A DNA stretch of 64,000 nucleotides, from positions 544,001 to 608,000 of the forward strand of contig CAXXWQ010000003.1 in the NCBI GenBank assembly GCA_963674945.2, in the 5' to 3' direction. The first letter of the stretch is position 1; every line of letters begins with the position of its first letter. Under the pieces are notes generated by a model. The model searched no databases, had not been told where the DNA came from, and saw nothing but the letters and a program-made list of their open reading frames with translations. Source of the DNA: an uncultured Desulfosarcina sp. (lineage in GTDB: Bacteria; Desulfobacterota; Desulfobacteria; Desulfobacterales; Desulfosarcinaceae). Of this stretch, positions 19,570 to 28,701 are shown in pieces. Made by a program: the position numbers and the translations under genes.

Positions 19570-20901
19570 ATGGGCAATTCAAAAATCATCCTGAACGGAC
19601 TGAACCGCCGAGAGTTTCTCGCCATGACCGCCATGGCGGCCGCCGGTGTGGCGACGGGGTGTGCCGTCAATCCCGTATCGGGGAAATCGCAGTTCATGAT
19701 CATGAATGAGAATGAGGAGATCGCCATCGATAAACAGAACGCGCCCCATCAGTTCTCCGCCGATTACGGCAACGCACAGGACCCCAAGCTGCAAGCGTAT
19801 ATCGAAGATGCGGGAAAACGGCTCGTCCCGGTCACCCACCGCACCCACATGCCTTACAATTTCCACTGTGTAAATGCGAACTACGTCAATGCCTACGCCT
19901 TTCCCGGGGGAAGCATCGCCTGTACCCGGGGAATTTTGCTGGAACTCACAAACGAGGCGGAGCTGGCCGCCCTGCTCGGTCATGAACTGGGCCATGTCAA
20001 CGCCCGGCACACCGCGGCCAGCATGTCCAAGGCACAGGTGGCCAGCATCGCCGTGGGAGGACTGGCGATCTTTACGAGTGTCGCCGTGGGCGCGGAGGCG
20101 GGCAACCTTGCCGGCCAATTGGGACAACTCGGTTCGGGCGCCCTGCTGGCATCCTACAGCCGTGACAACGAACGCCAGGCGGATCATCTGGGCATGGAAT
20201 ACATGACCCGGGCCGGTTACGGCCCCCAGGGCATGGTGGGACTCATGGACATGCTCAACAACATGAATCAGCACCAGGCAAGCATGACGCAACTGCTGTT
20301 TGCCACCCACCCCATGTCTTCGGAACGCTACGAAACATCGGTACACCAGGCCAGAAACGACTACAAGAAATTCGATGGCCAACCCATATACAAGGAACGG
20401 TATATGGACAATACCGCCGGCCTGAGAAAAATCAAGGATGCCATTCACAAGATGCAAGACGGTGAAGCGGCTGTGGCCAAAGAGAAATATGAGGAAGCCG
20501 AAACGCTCTTCTCCCAGGCCCTCGGCAAGGCACCCGACGATTATGTGGGGCTTCTGCTCATGGCCAAATGCAAGCTGGCGCAGGAAAAAGATGCGGAGGC
20601 GGGAAAATATGCCTCCGGGGCAAAAAAGGCCTACCCTGCCGAAGCCCAGGCCTACCATATCAGCGGTATTACCAATTTACGGAGCAAGAAGTACGAAGCG
20701 GCCAACCGGGATTTCACCGAGTATGAAAAACGCCTGCCCGGCAATCCCAATATGGTCTTTTACAGGGGACTCTCCTTCGAGGGAATGGAAAAAATCGAAC
20801 CGGCGGCGAGGCAGTACGACAGCTACCTGAAACAGGTCCGGCAGGGAAAACAGGCCCAGTACGCCTACCAGCGGCTGAAGGAGTGGGGGTACGTCAAATA
20901 G
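19570..20901 (+). CDS. M48 metalloprotease with TPRs (BepA-like), Tat lipoprotein
   Basis: NRREFL twin-arginine plus ATGC lipobox; NAYAFPGG; HELGH. Confidence 0.9.
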   Translation: MGNSKIILNGLNRREFLAMTAMAAAGVATGCAVNPVSGKSQFMIMNENEEIAIDKQNAPHQFSADYGNAQDPKLQAYIEDAGKRLVPVTHRTHMPYNFHCVNANYVNAYAFPGGSIACTRGILLELTNEAELAALLGHELGHVNARHTAASMSKAQVASIAVGGLAIFTSVAVGAEAGNLAGQLGQLGSGALLASYSRDNERQADHLGMEYMTRAGYGPQGMVGLMDMLNNMNQHQASMTQLLFATHPMSSERYETSVHQARNDYKKFDGQPIYKERYMDNTAGLRKIKDAIHKMQDGEAAVAKEKYEEAETLFSQALGKAPDDYVGLLLMAKCKLAQEKDAEAGKYASGAKKAYPAEAQAYHISGITNLRSKKYEAANRDFTEYEKRLPGNPNMVFYRGLSFEGMEKIEPAARQYDSYLKQVRQGKQAQYAYQRLKEWGYVK

Positions 20902-21386
20902 TGAGGGGCCACAAAGATCGATGGGAACGCCATGTGGTCCTGGTGTCACCCGAAATTCACTGGAACACCGGAAACATCGGCCGTACCTGTTTGGGCGCCG
21001 GTGCGCGGCTGCATCTGATTCGCCCGCTGGGATTTTCCCTGGATAGCCGCCAGGTGAAGCGGGCAGGCCTGGATTATTGGGGACGGGTTCCACTTTCCAT
21101 TTGGGACAGTTTCCATGCATTCCATCTGGCCATGAAACCGTCGGAAGATGAGGTGGTACTGTTTACCAAGACCGGAAACCGTCTTTACTGGCAACTGCCG
21201 AAACACAAGCGACTCTTTCTGGTGTTCGGCTCCGAGACAAAAGGCCTGCCGGAGGCCATTCTCTCACGCTACCCGGATGCCCGTTACCGGATTCCCATCA
21301 CCGATGAGATTCGATCGCTGAATTTGTCGACCGCCGCGGGGATTGCCCTGTATGAAAGTATCCGAAGCTGTGAAAAGAGTGTATGA
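20883..21386 (+). CDS. trmL: tRNA (cytidine/uridine-34-2'-O)-methyltransferase
   Basis: PEIHWNTGNIGRTC, KRAGLDYW, FGSETKGLP, RSLNLS. Confidence 0.92.
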   Translation: MGVRQIVRGHKDRWERHVVLVSPEIHWNTGNIGRTCLGAGARLHLIRPLGFSLDSRQVKRAGLDYWGRVPLSIWDSFHAFHLAMKPSEDEVVLFTKTGNRLYWQLPKHKRLFLVFGSETKGLPEAILSRYPDARYRIPITDEIRSLNLSTAAGIALYESIRSCEKSV

Positions 21387-21440
21387 ATAGCTTTCATCAT
21401 ACCGGTATTATTCATTTATTCAACAAGAAGGAGGAACACC

Positions 21441-22172
21441 ATGACAATTCATGCAAGACAACGAAAGCACCGATCCACACATCTTTCGGTTTTGGCGGCC
21501 TGCATCATCGCCGGCGTCTTTCTCGTTCAATGCGGCGGCGGGGATTCGGTTCAAATCATCCAGGAGCCGCTGCCCTATGCGCAGGATGCATTGGAACCCG
21601 TTATCAGTGCGAAAACGCTGGAATATCATTATGGCAAACACTATGCCGGGTATGTCGAGAAGGCCAATTCACTGATCAAGGGCAAGGTCCGGGGCGCGAA
21701 ATCCGTCGAAGATGTGATCCTCCTTGCAGCCGGGGATGATTCCACGGCGTCCATCTTTAACAATGCCGCACAGGCTTACAACCATGCGTTTTTCTTCAAG
21801 TGTCTCAAACCCGAAGGGGGTGGAGTGCCGGAAGGAATGCTCGGTGAAATGATCGCGGCGACCTTCGGTAGCTACGAAAAATTCAAATCGGTTTTTATCA
21901 CAGCCGCCAAGGACCAGTTCGGAAGCGGCTGGGTATGGCTCGTGCTGGATGAAGACGAACTTTCCATCATTGCCACGGCCAATGCGGACACGCCAATCGC
22001 CCACGAACTGACGCCCCTGTTTACCGTGGATGTGTGGGAGCATGCCTACTATCTGGACTACCAGAACCGCAGGACCGATTTCGTCGCAGCCGTATTGGAC
22101 AACCTCGCAAACTGGGATTTTGTTTCGGATCAACTGGAAAAGGCGTTGCCGGCAAAAGAGCGACCTGAATAA
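21441..22172 (+). CDS. sodB: Fe-type superoxide dismutase with N-terminal export (lipoprotein-like) signal
   Basis: HYGKH, FNNAAQAYNH, FGSGW, DVWEHAYY. Confidence 0.88.
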   Translation: MTIHARQRKHRSTHLSVLAACIIAGVFLVQCGGGDSVQIIQEPLPYAQDALEPVISAKTLEYHYGKHYAGYVEKANSLIKGKVRGAKSVEDVILLAAGDDSTASIFNNAAQAYNHAFFFKCLKPEGGGVPEGMLGEMIAATFGSYEKFKSVFITAAKDQFGSGWVWLVLDEDELSIIATANADTPIAHELTPLFTVDVWEHAYYLDYQNRRTDFVAAVLDNLANWDFVSDQLEKALPAKERPE

Positions 22173-22323
22173 AAATCCGGATATAGAAGGCCCGGCGTTG
22201 GACTCCGTGTGGAAGCAAGAATGCGCTGTAATCGGAGGGGAACAGAAGGAGTCAGAAGCCAAGTATTCAGCGCCGCCGCCGACCTTTGGCCGGCGGCGGC
22301 GCTGGATTCTGACTCCTGGATTC
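22170..22323. repeat. 3'-intergenic repeat with strong hairpin, copy 1 (copy 2 at 60934-61121)
   Basis: 37-nt block 32/37 identical to 60934-60970; AGGAGTCAGAA...TTCTGACTCCT inverted ends. Confidence 0.7.
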
Positions 22324-22548
22324 CCGAAAAAATTATGCGGCATCGCCACTTAGATCGGACCTGTCCCGGGGCAATAGGTTTTATGGACGGAATAAAAATA
22401 TCCATTACGCAGGCGCCACAATAAGAAATTAATTACACACCCATACGATTTCCAACCATATCTCCGACCCGCCACAGACGTTTCTATAAACTTGCAATTT
22501 CAGTACTTTTTCTTCATCACAGCAAAATACGTATAGAAAAAAATGCCG

Positions 22549-22564
22549 TGGCATGATTCATGCT
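22549..22564 (+). promoter_or_regulatory. sigma54 -24/-12 promoter
   Basis: TGGCATGATTCATGCT (GG-N10-GC). Confidence 0.65.
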
Positions 22565-22656
22565 TGATGAGATCGTCCATGGATACTGAAGAGGTTTAAA
22601 TAATTAGGATAAACGGTGATTATGGCAAAATTGCATAGATGGAACAGGAGACCTCG

Positions 22657-22845
22657 ATGAAGAAGAAGCCGCTATTTCCCAAGCATGCCACCTGTGTGAG
22701 TCAAACCGACTTCTTGCGCAATTTTCGTTGTCGACACTATGATTCCTGCATGGCAAAAGCCACCATTCAGAACTGTTTCCTAAGTTGTGTGCTTTGTGGG
22801 TTTCGATTTTATCGGGGGGGAGAAATTATTGAACCAGTCGTCTGA
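22657..22845 (+). CDS. small Cys-rich hypothetical protein (62 aa)
   Basis: AGGAG RBS, sigma54 promoter, C-x5-C...CxxC pattern. Confidence 0.6.
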   Translation: MKKKPLFPKHATCVSQTDFLRNFRCRHYDSCMAKATIQNCFLSCVLCGFRFYRGGEIIEPVV

Positions 22846-23410
22846 TCAAACCAAAGATCGATGATCGCCGTTTTTGCATAAACGTGTCGTCGGTATGTTT
22901 TGCAACGAGATCGGGTCTGCGCTCCAGAACCAAACGGGCCGCCATCTCGGTCGCCTGGGCCGTTAATTGGGCACATTGCCGGAAATGGGCCTTCCTGTCG
23001 TGCCGGACCTTCCGGGTGAGTGCCCGGCAGCAGGTGGCGCCATTGGCAACTTTGAATTCATCATGCAACCTTCTGGCGCTTTGGCGCATGGCGCTTCGGT
23101 GCCCATGACGATGCTCCTTTCCCAGTAACAGTCCGGAGGCCATTACAGCACCGCTCAATGCGCCACAAAGGCAACCGCTTTCGCCCATGGCGGCGCTAAA
23201 GGGTGCCGCCATGGCGATGGCCTGGGTATCGGTGAGCCCTCCGTCCAGGCCCTGGTTGATTGCCGACAGTACCGCTTCGGTGCAAAGCATCTGCTTGGTC
23301 TGATATAAGTGAAAGGCATGATCCCTGATACGACGAATCAGTTCTTCGGTCTTCTCCGGCAGCGCTTTTTCGTTGCCATTGATTGATCTTTTCACGGTAT
23401 GTCCATCCAT
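22826..23410 (-). CDS. C-GCAxxG-C-C family redox protein
   Basis: CTEAV, GCLCGALSGA, TCCRAL, QCAQL. Confidence 0.88.
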   Translation of the reverse strand: MDGHTVKRSINGNEKALPEKTEELIRRIRDHAFHLYQTKQMLCTEAVLSAINQGLDGGLTDTQAIAMAAPFSAAMGESGCLCGALSGAVMASGLLLGKEHRHGHRSAMRQSARRLHDEFKVANGATCCRALTRKVRHDRKAHFRQCAQLTAQATEMAARLVLERRPDLVAKHTDDTFMQKRRSSIFGLIRRLVQ

Positions 23411-23677
23411 TCGATGTTCAATTCCATATGAGCGAACAGCGCATTGCCAAAGGCTGACCGCCCGGATTGGATCACAATAACCATTTGTTCACCGTTGTCC
23501 ATGAACTTCGTACACTCCTCGGTGGCCACGGGGTTGCAGTCGCCCCACTGTTATAGAAAATATCCCGCCACGCTCGATTCCCCGGCATTCATCCACGCAT
23601 CCTCATCGTAAATGACGCCGCCCTATTTGCATAGATACTTTCAATAATAACGAATCAATCGATCCAAATAATCAATT

Positions 23678-23686
23678 TGATATAAT
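23678..23686 (+). promoter_or_regulatory. extended -10 promoter, probably for the yedE operon
   Basis: TGATATAAT (TGnTATAAT). Confidence 0.5.
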
Positions 23687-23732
23687 GCCAATAACTAAAG
23701 TAATTGATGAATTTGTAGGAAGCCGGATTTCG

Positions 23733-23858
23733 GACGGCTTCGTAAAAAGTTCGAGATCAAGGCTTGCGAGCCCTTAAGGAATGAGGCGTATGGTTGGATA
23801 CGTCGCAGTGACGAGGGGTGAAGCCTAACGCCGATATCGGACTTTTTACGAAGCCGTC
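23733..23858. mobile_element. MITE/REP-like element, copy 1 (copy 2 at 61675-61819)
   Basis: perfect 18-bp TIR GACGGCTTCGTAAAAAGT; interior similar to copy 2. Confidence 0.8.
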
Positions 23859-23977
23859 AAAGTAATTGAGTTCGGAATAATTGTGAACGATATGCAGCAT
23901 GCGGATCAGACCGTTGGCCGTCCCTTTTGTGTAAGGGCTAAAATTGAAGTGCAAATGGGAAAGGAGGACGTACGCGT

Positions 23978-25060
23978 ATGAAAAATTTTTTTGCCAGCCG
24001 CTGGGGTATCATCAGCGTCGGCGCGATTATCGGTATTCTGGCCGCTTTTTTACAGAAGTTGGGCAATCCCGGGAACATGGGCATCTGCGTAGCCTGTTTC
24101 GAACGCGACATTGCCGGCGCCCTGGGTCTGCACCGGGCCGCCGTGGTACAATACATCCGTCCTGAAATTATCGGGTTCGTAATCGGTTCGATGATCGCCG
24201 CCTATATGTTCAAGGAGTTCCGGCCCCGGGTGGGTTCGGCTCCCATCGTCCGCTTCATTCTGGGCGCCTTTGCCATGATCGGGGCACTGGTCTTTCTCGG
24301 ATGTCCATGGCGGGCGGTGTTGCGACTGGCCGGCGGAGACGGAAACGCCATCTTCGGGTTGCTGGGTCTGACCTTCGGCATCTGGATCGGCACACTTTTT
24401 CTTAAAAATGGCTACAACCTGGGCCGCACCCAGAGCACCCACACCACGGTGGGATGGATGCTGCCCTTGATCATGCTGGGTTTTCTGATTCTCATGCTGA
24501 TTTATCCCCAGATCGAGGGCCAAGATAAAAGCGGCGTTCTTTTTTACAGCCTCAAGGGACCCGGCGCCATGCACGCCCCGCTCATTATTGCCCTGATCGT
24601 GGGATTGGGTATCGGATTTCTGGCCCAGCGCAGCCGGTTCTGCACCATGGGCGCCATCCGGGATCTTGTATTGTTCGGCCAGATTCACCTGCTGACCGGA
24701 TTCATCAGCCTGGTGGTTTTCGCTTTCCTGACGAACCTGGCCCTGGGTCAGTTCCATCCGGGCTTTGCCGGTCAACCCGTGGCCCATACCATGCAAGTCT
24801 GGAACTTCTCCGGAATGGTCCTGGCCGGTCTGGCCTTCGCCCTTGCCGGCGGTTGCCCCGGCCGACAGTTGTTTCTCTCCGGTGAAGGCGACGGTGATGC
24901 CGCGGTATTTGTGATGGGCATGATCGTCGGAGCCGGGTTCGCCCACAATTTCGGGCTGGCCAGTTCTCCCAAGGGCGTCGGCCCCCATGGCATCGCCGCC
25001 GTGGTTGTCGGACTGGTCGTATGCCTGTTCATTGGATTTACCATGCGGAAAAAGGCGTAA
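23978..25060 (+). CDS. yedE: YedE/YeeE-family putative selenium/sulfur transporter
   Basis: GNPGNMGICVACFERDIAG, FLGCP, SRFCT, GGCP; multi-TM. Confidence 0.88.
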   Translation: MKNFFASRWGIISVGAIIGILAAFLQKLGNPGNMGICVACFERDIAGALGLHRAAVVQYIRPEIIGFVIGSMIAAYMFKEFRPRVGSAPIVRFILGAFAMIGALVFLGCPWRAVLRLAGGDGNAIFGLLGLTFGIWIGTLFLKNGYNLGRTQSTHTTVGWMLPLIMLGFLILMLIYPQIEGQDKSGVLFYSLKGPGAMHAPLIIALIVGLGIGFLAQRSRFCTMGAIRDLVLFGQIHLLTGFISLVVFAFLTNLALGQFHPGFAGQPVAHTMQVWNFSGMVLAGLAFALAGGCPGRQLFLSGEGDGDAAVFVMGMIVGAGFAHNFGLASSPKGVGPHGIAAVVVGLVVCLFIGFTMRKKA

Positions 25061-25071
25061 GGAGAATAATC

Positions 25072-25290
25072 ATGAGCACAACGATCGATGCACGCGGATT
25101 ATCGTGCCCGCAACCGGTACTGATGACCCTGGACGAGATCAAAAAGGGCAGTGAATCGGAAATCGTCGTCCTGGTGGACACGGACACCTCCAAGGAAAAT
25201 GTGTCCCGCGCCGCCCAAAGCCAGGGGTGCACCGTTACTAGCGTAGAGCCGGACGGCGATGGCTATCGGGTTCTGATTGCCAGGGCCTAA
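25072..25290 (+). CDS. TusA/SirA-family sulfur(selenium) carrier
   Basis: IDARGLSCPQP motif; AGGAG RBS. Confidence 0.9.
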   Translation: MSTTIDARGLSCPQPVLMTLDEIKKGSESEIVVLVDTDTSKENVSRAAQSQGCTVTSVEPDGDGYRVLIARA

Positions 25291-25326
25291 AACAGGCGTT
25301 TCACCTTTCTTGAGAAAAACTGTAAG

Positions 25327-25884
25327 ATGGGATTTTTCAATTTTTTAGATCGCACCATCAAAAAAACGAAACCGGCGGTGGTCCATCAGGAAGACCGGGG
25401 CTTTCTGGTATTTGAAAACACCAGCGAAGTCATCCAGGCCGAAAACCTGCTCAAACAGGAGGGATGGACCGTCCAGGTGATGGGACCACCGCCGGAGATC
25501 CACTCGGGATGCGATCTGGTGATCACCTTCCCCCTGATCGAGGAACTGAATATCCTGCGGCTGCTCGACAAAAACCGCCTTCCGCCCCTGTCGGTTGTAC
25601 CGGTCACCGGTCCATTGCTCGAACCGGTCGGCATTTACCAGGTCAAGGACTTCGGCGAATATCTTATGGTACGCGCGGCCAACATGAAGCTGGTGGTTGA
25701 GAAAAAAAACCGTAAAATTGTCAATGTTTCCGGCGGCGGCTGCCCGGATGTACCCTATCTGGCGCATAAGATGGTCGGCAAAACGATCGATGAAGCACCC
25801 CGACCCCGCGAGATCGGCCACACCCTGTGCGGCTATGCCCTGGAACTGGCGTTCGAGGAGATACTGGTTCGATGCGCGCCGTAG
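25327..25884 (+). CDS. DUF3343-domain protein with Cys-containing C-terminal extension
   Basis: FENTSEVIQAE..PPPEIHSGC; GGGCPDVP; TLCG. Confidence 0.75.
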   Translation: MGFFNFLDRTIKKTKPAVVHQEDRGFLVFENTSEVIQAENLLKQEGWTVQVMGPPPEIHSGCDLVITFPLIEELNILRLLDKNRLPPLSVVPVTGPLLEPVGIYQVKDFGEYLMVRAANMKLVVEKKNRKIVNVSGGGCPDVPYLAHKMVGKTIDEAPRPREIGHTLCGYALELAFEEILVRCAP

Positions 25885-26729
25885 TCGGAACCGTACCGTT
25901 CGAGGATTTTCCCCTCACCGTGGGCGAAGTTTCCCTCTCCGGCCAGGACCTGCACATCGGCGGACACACCATACCCGTCAACCGCGGCACGCCTGCCCTG
26001 CTGGCGGCAATGGTCCGGGCATTGGAAGTGATCGGCAACGGAAAGGTTACCGGTTTTCTCGTCGGAGACATCGGCCTGGGAAAGGGCAGCCGGCGACTGT
26101 ATGAAATGTTGGCCCGCGATCTGGGCGGATACGACCTTGAGAGTCTGACCTTCCACTACCTACAGCCGGATGTGGACTGGCACAATCGGGTACTCTTTGC
26201 TGTGGACGAAATGCCGCGGCGACCGCTGCTGATCGCCGACGCCGGGTTCATGTACGCGGCCAAGATGAGCGGTAGCGCACCCGAATACGATCTGTTTACG
26301 CCGGATGCGGGTGAGTTGGCCTTTCTGGCCGACGAAGCGGCCCCCCACCCTTTTTACACCCGCGGCTTCATTCTGCACGATGAAAACAAGGTCCCCGATC
26401 TGATTCGCCGGGCCTATTCACACGACAATGCGGCCCGCCATCTGCTGGTCAAGGGAGAAATCGACCGTTTGGCAGATCGTTCGGGCATTTTGAAAAGCGT
26501 CGACGGGCCGTCCGTGGACGCCATGGAAGCCATGGGCGGCACCGGCGACACGCTGACCGGGCTGGCCGCCGCGTTGATTGGTACCAACGGTCTTTCCCTG
26601 TCCGAAGCAGTCATCGCAGCGGCGCGGATTAACCGCGAGGCCGGCGCGTTGGCCAATTTGAGCCCGGCCAGCCAGGTCGCCGATCTGATCCGTTATTTTT
26701 CCCACGCCATGGAAAAAGTCCTGGGATAG
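25872..26729 (+). CDS. ribokinase-fold carbohydrate-kinase/NAD(P)HX-dehydratase-like protein
   Basis: LIADAG, FTPDAGE, LLVKG, GGTGD anion-hole motif. Confidence 0.75.
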   Translation: MRAVVGTVPFEDFPLTVGEVSLSGQDLHIGGHTIPVNRGTPALLAAMVRALEVIGNGKVTGFLVGDIGLGKGSRRLYEMLARDLGGYDLESLTFHYLQPDVDWHNRVLFAVDEMPRRPLLIADAGFMYAAKMSGSAPEYDLFTPDAGELAFLADEAAPHPFYTRGFILHDENKVPDLIRRAYSHDNAARHLLVKGEIDRLADRSGILKSVDGPSVDAMEAMGGTGDTLTGLAAALIGTNGLSLSEAVIAAARINREAGALANLSPASQVADLIRYFSHAMEKVLG

Positions 26730-26735
26730 TTTGCT

Positions 26736-28658
26736 TCACGATTTCGGTTGCCGCAACACGCGTTTATCGCCCCTTCGGGTGGTAAACCCGATTTCATCAA
26801 GGTAATCGAAAACATGAACACAACCCCATCGACCATACCCCAGAATGGCCTTGCAATCGGACAGTCTGACACACCCCTTTTCATGGATGAACTGCTCGAC
26901 ACGGTCCTTGATGTCGTCGAGAGCATCGAGGGACAGGAAACGCTGGTCATTGAGCCGGATCAACTTCTTCCGGTTGTCGAGGTAATTGAGAAGTTTTTGT
27001 ATCGTCTCTTTTTCGTGGATCCTGTTGTGTTTTTTCCAGAAGGTATCGGCGCTGAAGGGGTTCAGACCCGACACTTTGGCGAAGTCCAGCAATTGATTCA
27101 GCAGTTGATCCTGGTCCGCAGACAGGTTTGCCGCCCCTTGTCCGGGCACATACCCACCACCGATCTTCTCCAGTTTCCCCCCCAGACAAAGGGATTCCAC
27201 CAGTTGAACAAAGAGAAAATCGTCCATGGAGTCATCGAGCAGATTCATCAATTCGATCCGGTTGATGTTTTTTTTCAGCGGGTTTTCACGGAATACCGAT
27301 TCGATGACACGAAGCATTTTCTTTCTGATCCGCTCGAATTTCTCCTTTGGATAGGCTCCATGGCGCTTGAGGTAGACAAAAGCCCCGGACTGTACACGGG
27401 CACTGATCTGGACCTGGAACGCTTTCTGGGAAAGACCGGTTATTTGGGACAAGGTACGGGCATCGGTGTAGGTTTCGACGACCGCGTCGAAATAGGTGTC
27501 GACGAAGCCGGCGATGTCTCCGGTTCGAAGCGCCTCCAGATAAGGGAGGATACGCTGCTTCTTGGCCTGACGGAACTTTTCCGATGGAATTTCCAGTACC
27601 TTGCCACCGCCTAAGACCATGGGCAAATTCATGGCCACAATCACGAACCGGTCCCTTGGAAAAACAAAAAGCGGCCGTTGCAACCGAAACTGCGTCAGGG
27701 CCCGGTCACCGGGATCGAGCCGCGCCTTTTCCATGAGCACGACCATGGCGCCCACGACGGCAGTACCGATATACAGCTTCACCCGCTGTCGATTCTTGAG
27801 TCCGAAGACCGCAGATGGAATAAGGTGCAGGTCGACATTTAACAGGTAGCCACCCTCTCCTGCGTCCAAAGCGGCCACCAGCATTCCTCTTTTCAAGGAT
27901 CCGGCAGGCACATTGTGCAGATTCAAACCCACCCGCTGACCGGCAAAAACCTCTTTAACGGGCTGATTGTGGGATTCCATGGATCGGATCCGTGTAAAGA
28001 TCCTTCCGGGTTGAACCAACACCGTGTCGTTGACGGCAGCCGAACCCGAAGCCACGGTGCCGCTCACCACCGTCCCCAATCCAACGATGCGCTTGATGCG
28101 GTCGATCCAGAGCCGAAAGTCTCCGCCGCCATCTTTTTTCGGTAGCGATCGCACCTGTGCTTCCAGGAAGTCAAGAATTTCGGTGACACCTTGACCGGTC
28201 TTTGTGGAGAATCGAACAACGGGTCGACCATGGAGAAAAGAATCGGGGAGAATTTCCTGCAGTTCCAACTCAGCGAGGTCGAGTGTCTCCTCATCCACCA
28301 GATCGGCCTTGGTGAGGACGCAAACGCCTCCTCTGGCACCGAAAAACTTTAAAATTTCCAAATGCTCCCGGCTCTGGGGCATGACGCCGTCGTCGGCGGC
28401 GATCACGAAAATAGCCAGATCGACACCACTCAATCCGCGAATGGTATTTTTCAGATAATCGGTATGCCCGGGTACGTCCACCAGGGCGACCTGCCGTCCG
28501 CTGGGAAGAACCAGCGGCGCCACGCCGGACTCGATGGAGAGTCCACGCTCTTTTTCCACCTTCATGCGGTCGGTGTCGATGCCGCTCAGGGCCTTGACCA
28601 ACGATGTCTTTCCATGGTCGACGTGGCCGGCGACACCGATGGTGATTCCCTTTTCCAT
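26736..28658 (-). CDS. selB: selenocysteine-type elongation factor, divergent (SelB*-like)
   Basis: GHVDHGKT, DVPGH, TKAD, GQRV; C-terminal winged helices ending YLDEIGFTTRRGDKR. Confidence 0.9.
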   Translation of the reverse strand: MEKGITIGVAGHVDHGKTSLVKALSGIDTDRMKVEKERGLSIESGVAPLVLPSGRQVALVDVPGHTDYLKNTIRGLSGVDLAIFVIAADDGVMPQSREHLEILKFFGARGGVCVLTKADLVDEETLDLAELELQEILPDSFLHGRPVVRFSTKTGQGVTEILDFLEAQVRSLPKKDGGGDFRLWIDRIKRIVGLGTVVSGTVASGSAAVNDTVLVQPGRIFTRIRSMESHNQPVKEVFAGQRVGLNLHNVPAGSLKRGMLVAALDAGEGGYLLNVDLHLIPSAVFGLKNRQRVKLYIGTAVVGAMVVLMEKARLDPGDRALTQFRLQRPLFVFPRDRFVIVAMNLPMVLGGGKVLEIPSEKFRQAKKQRILPYLEALRTGDIAGFVDTYFDAVVETYTDARTLSQITGLSQKAFQVQISARVQSGAFVYLKRHGAYPKEKFERIRKKMLRVIESVFRENPLKKNINRIELMNLLDDSMDDFLFVQLVESLCLGGKLEKIGGGYVPGQGAANLSADQDQLLNQLLDFAKVSGLNPFSADTFWKKHNRIHEKETIQKLLNYLDNRKKLIRLNDQRFLSLDALDDIKDRVEQFIHEKGCVRLSDCKAILGYGRWGCVHVFDYLDEIGFTTRRGDKRVLRQPKS

Positions 28659-28701
28659 GATCGAAATCCTTACCGCTGGGTCATGACGTTTGTATTCGTG
28701 A

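Noticed and set aside
23892..23981. uORF ending in TGA overlapping the yedE ATG
   Set aside because: Any ATGA start creates such an overlap; no convincing RBS or SECIS-like stem
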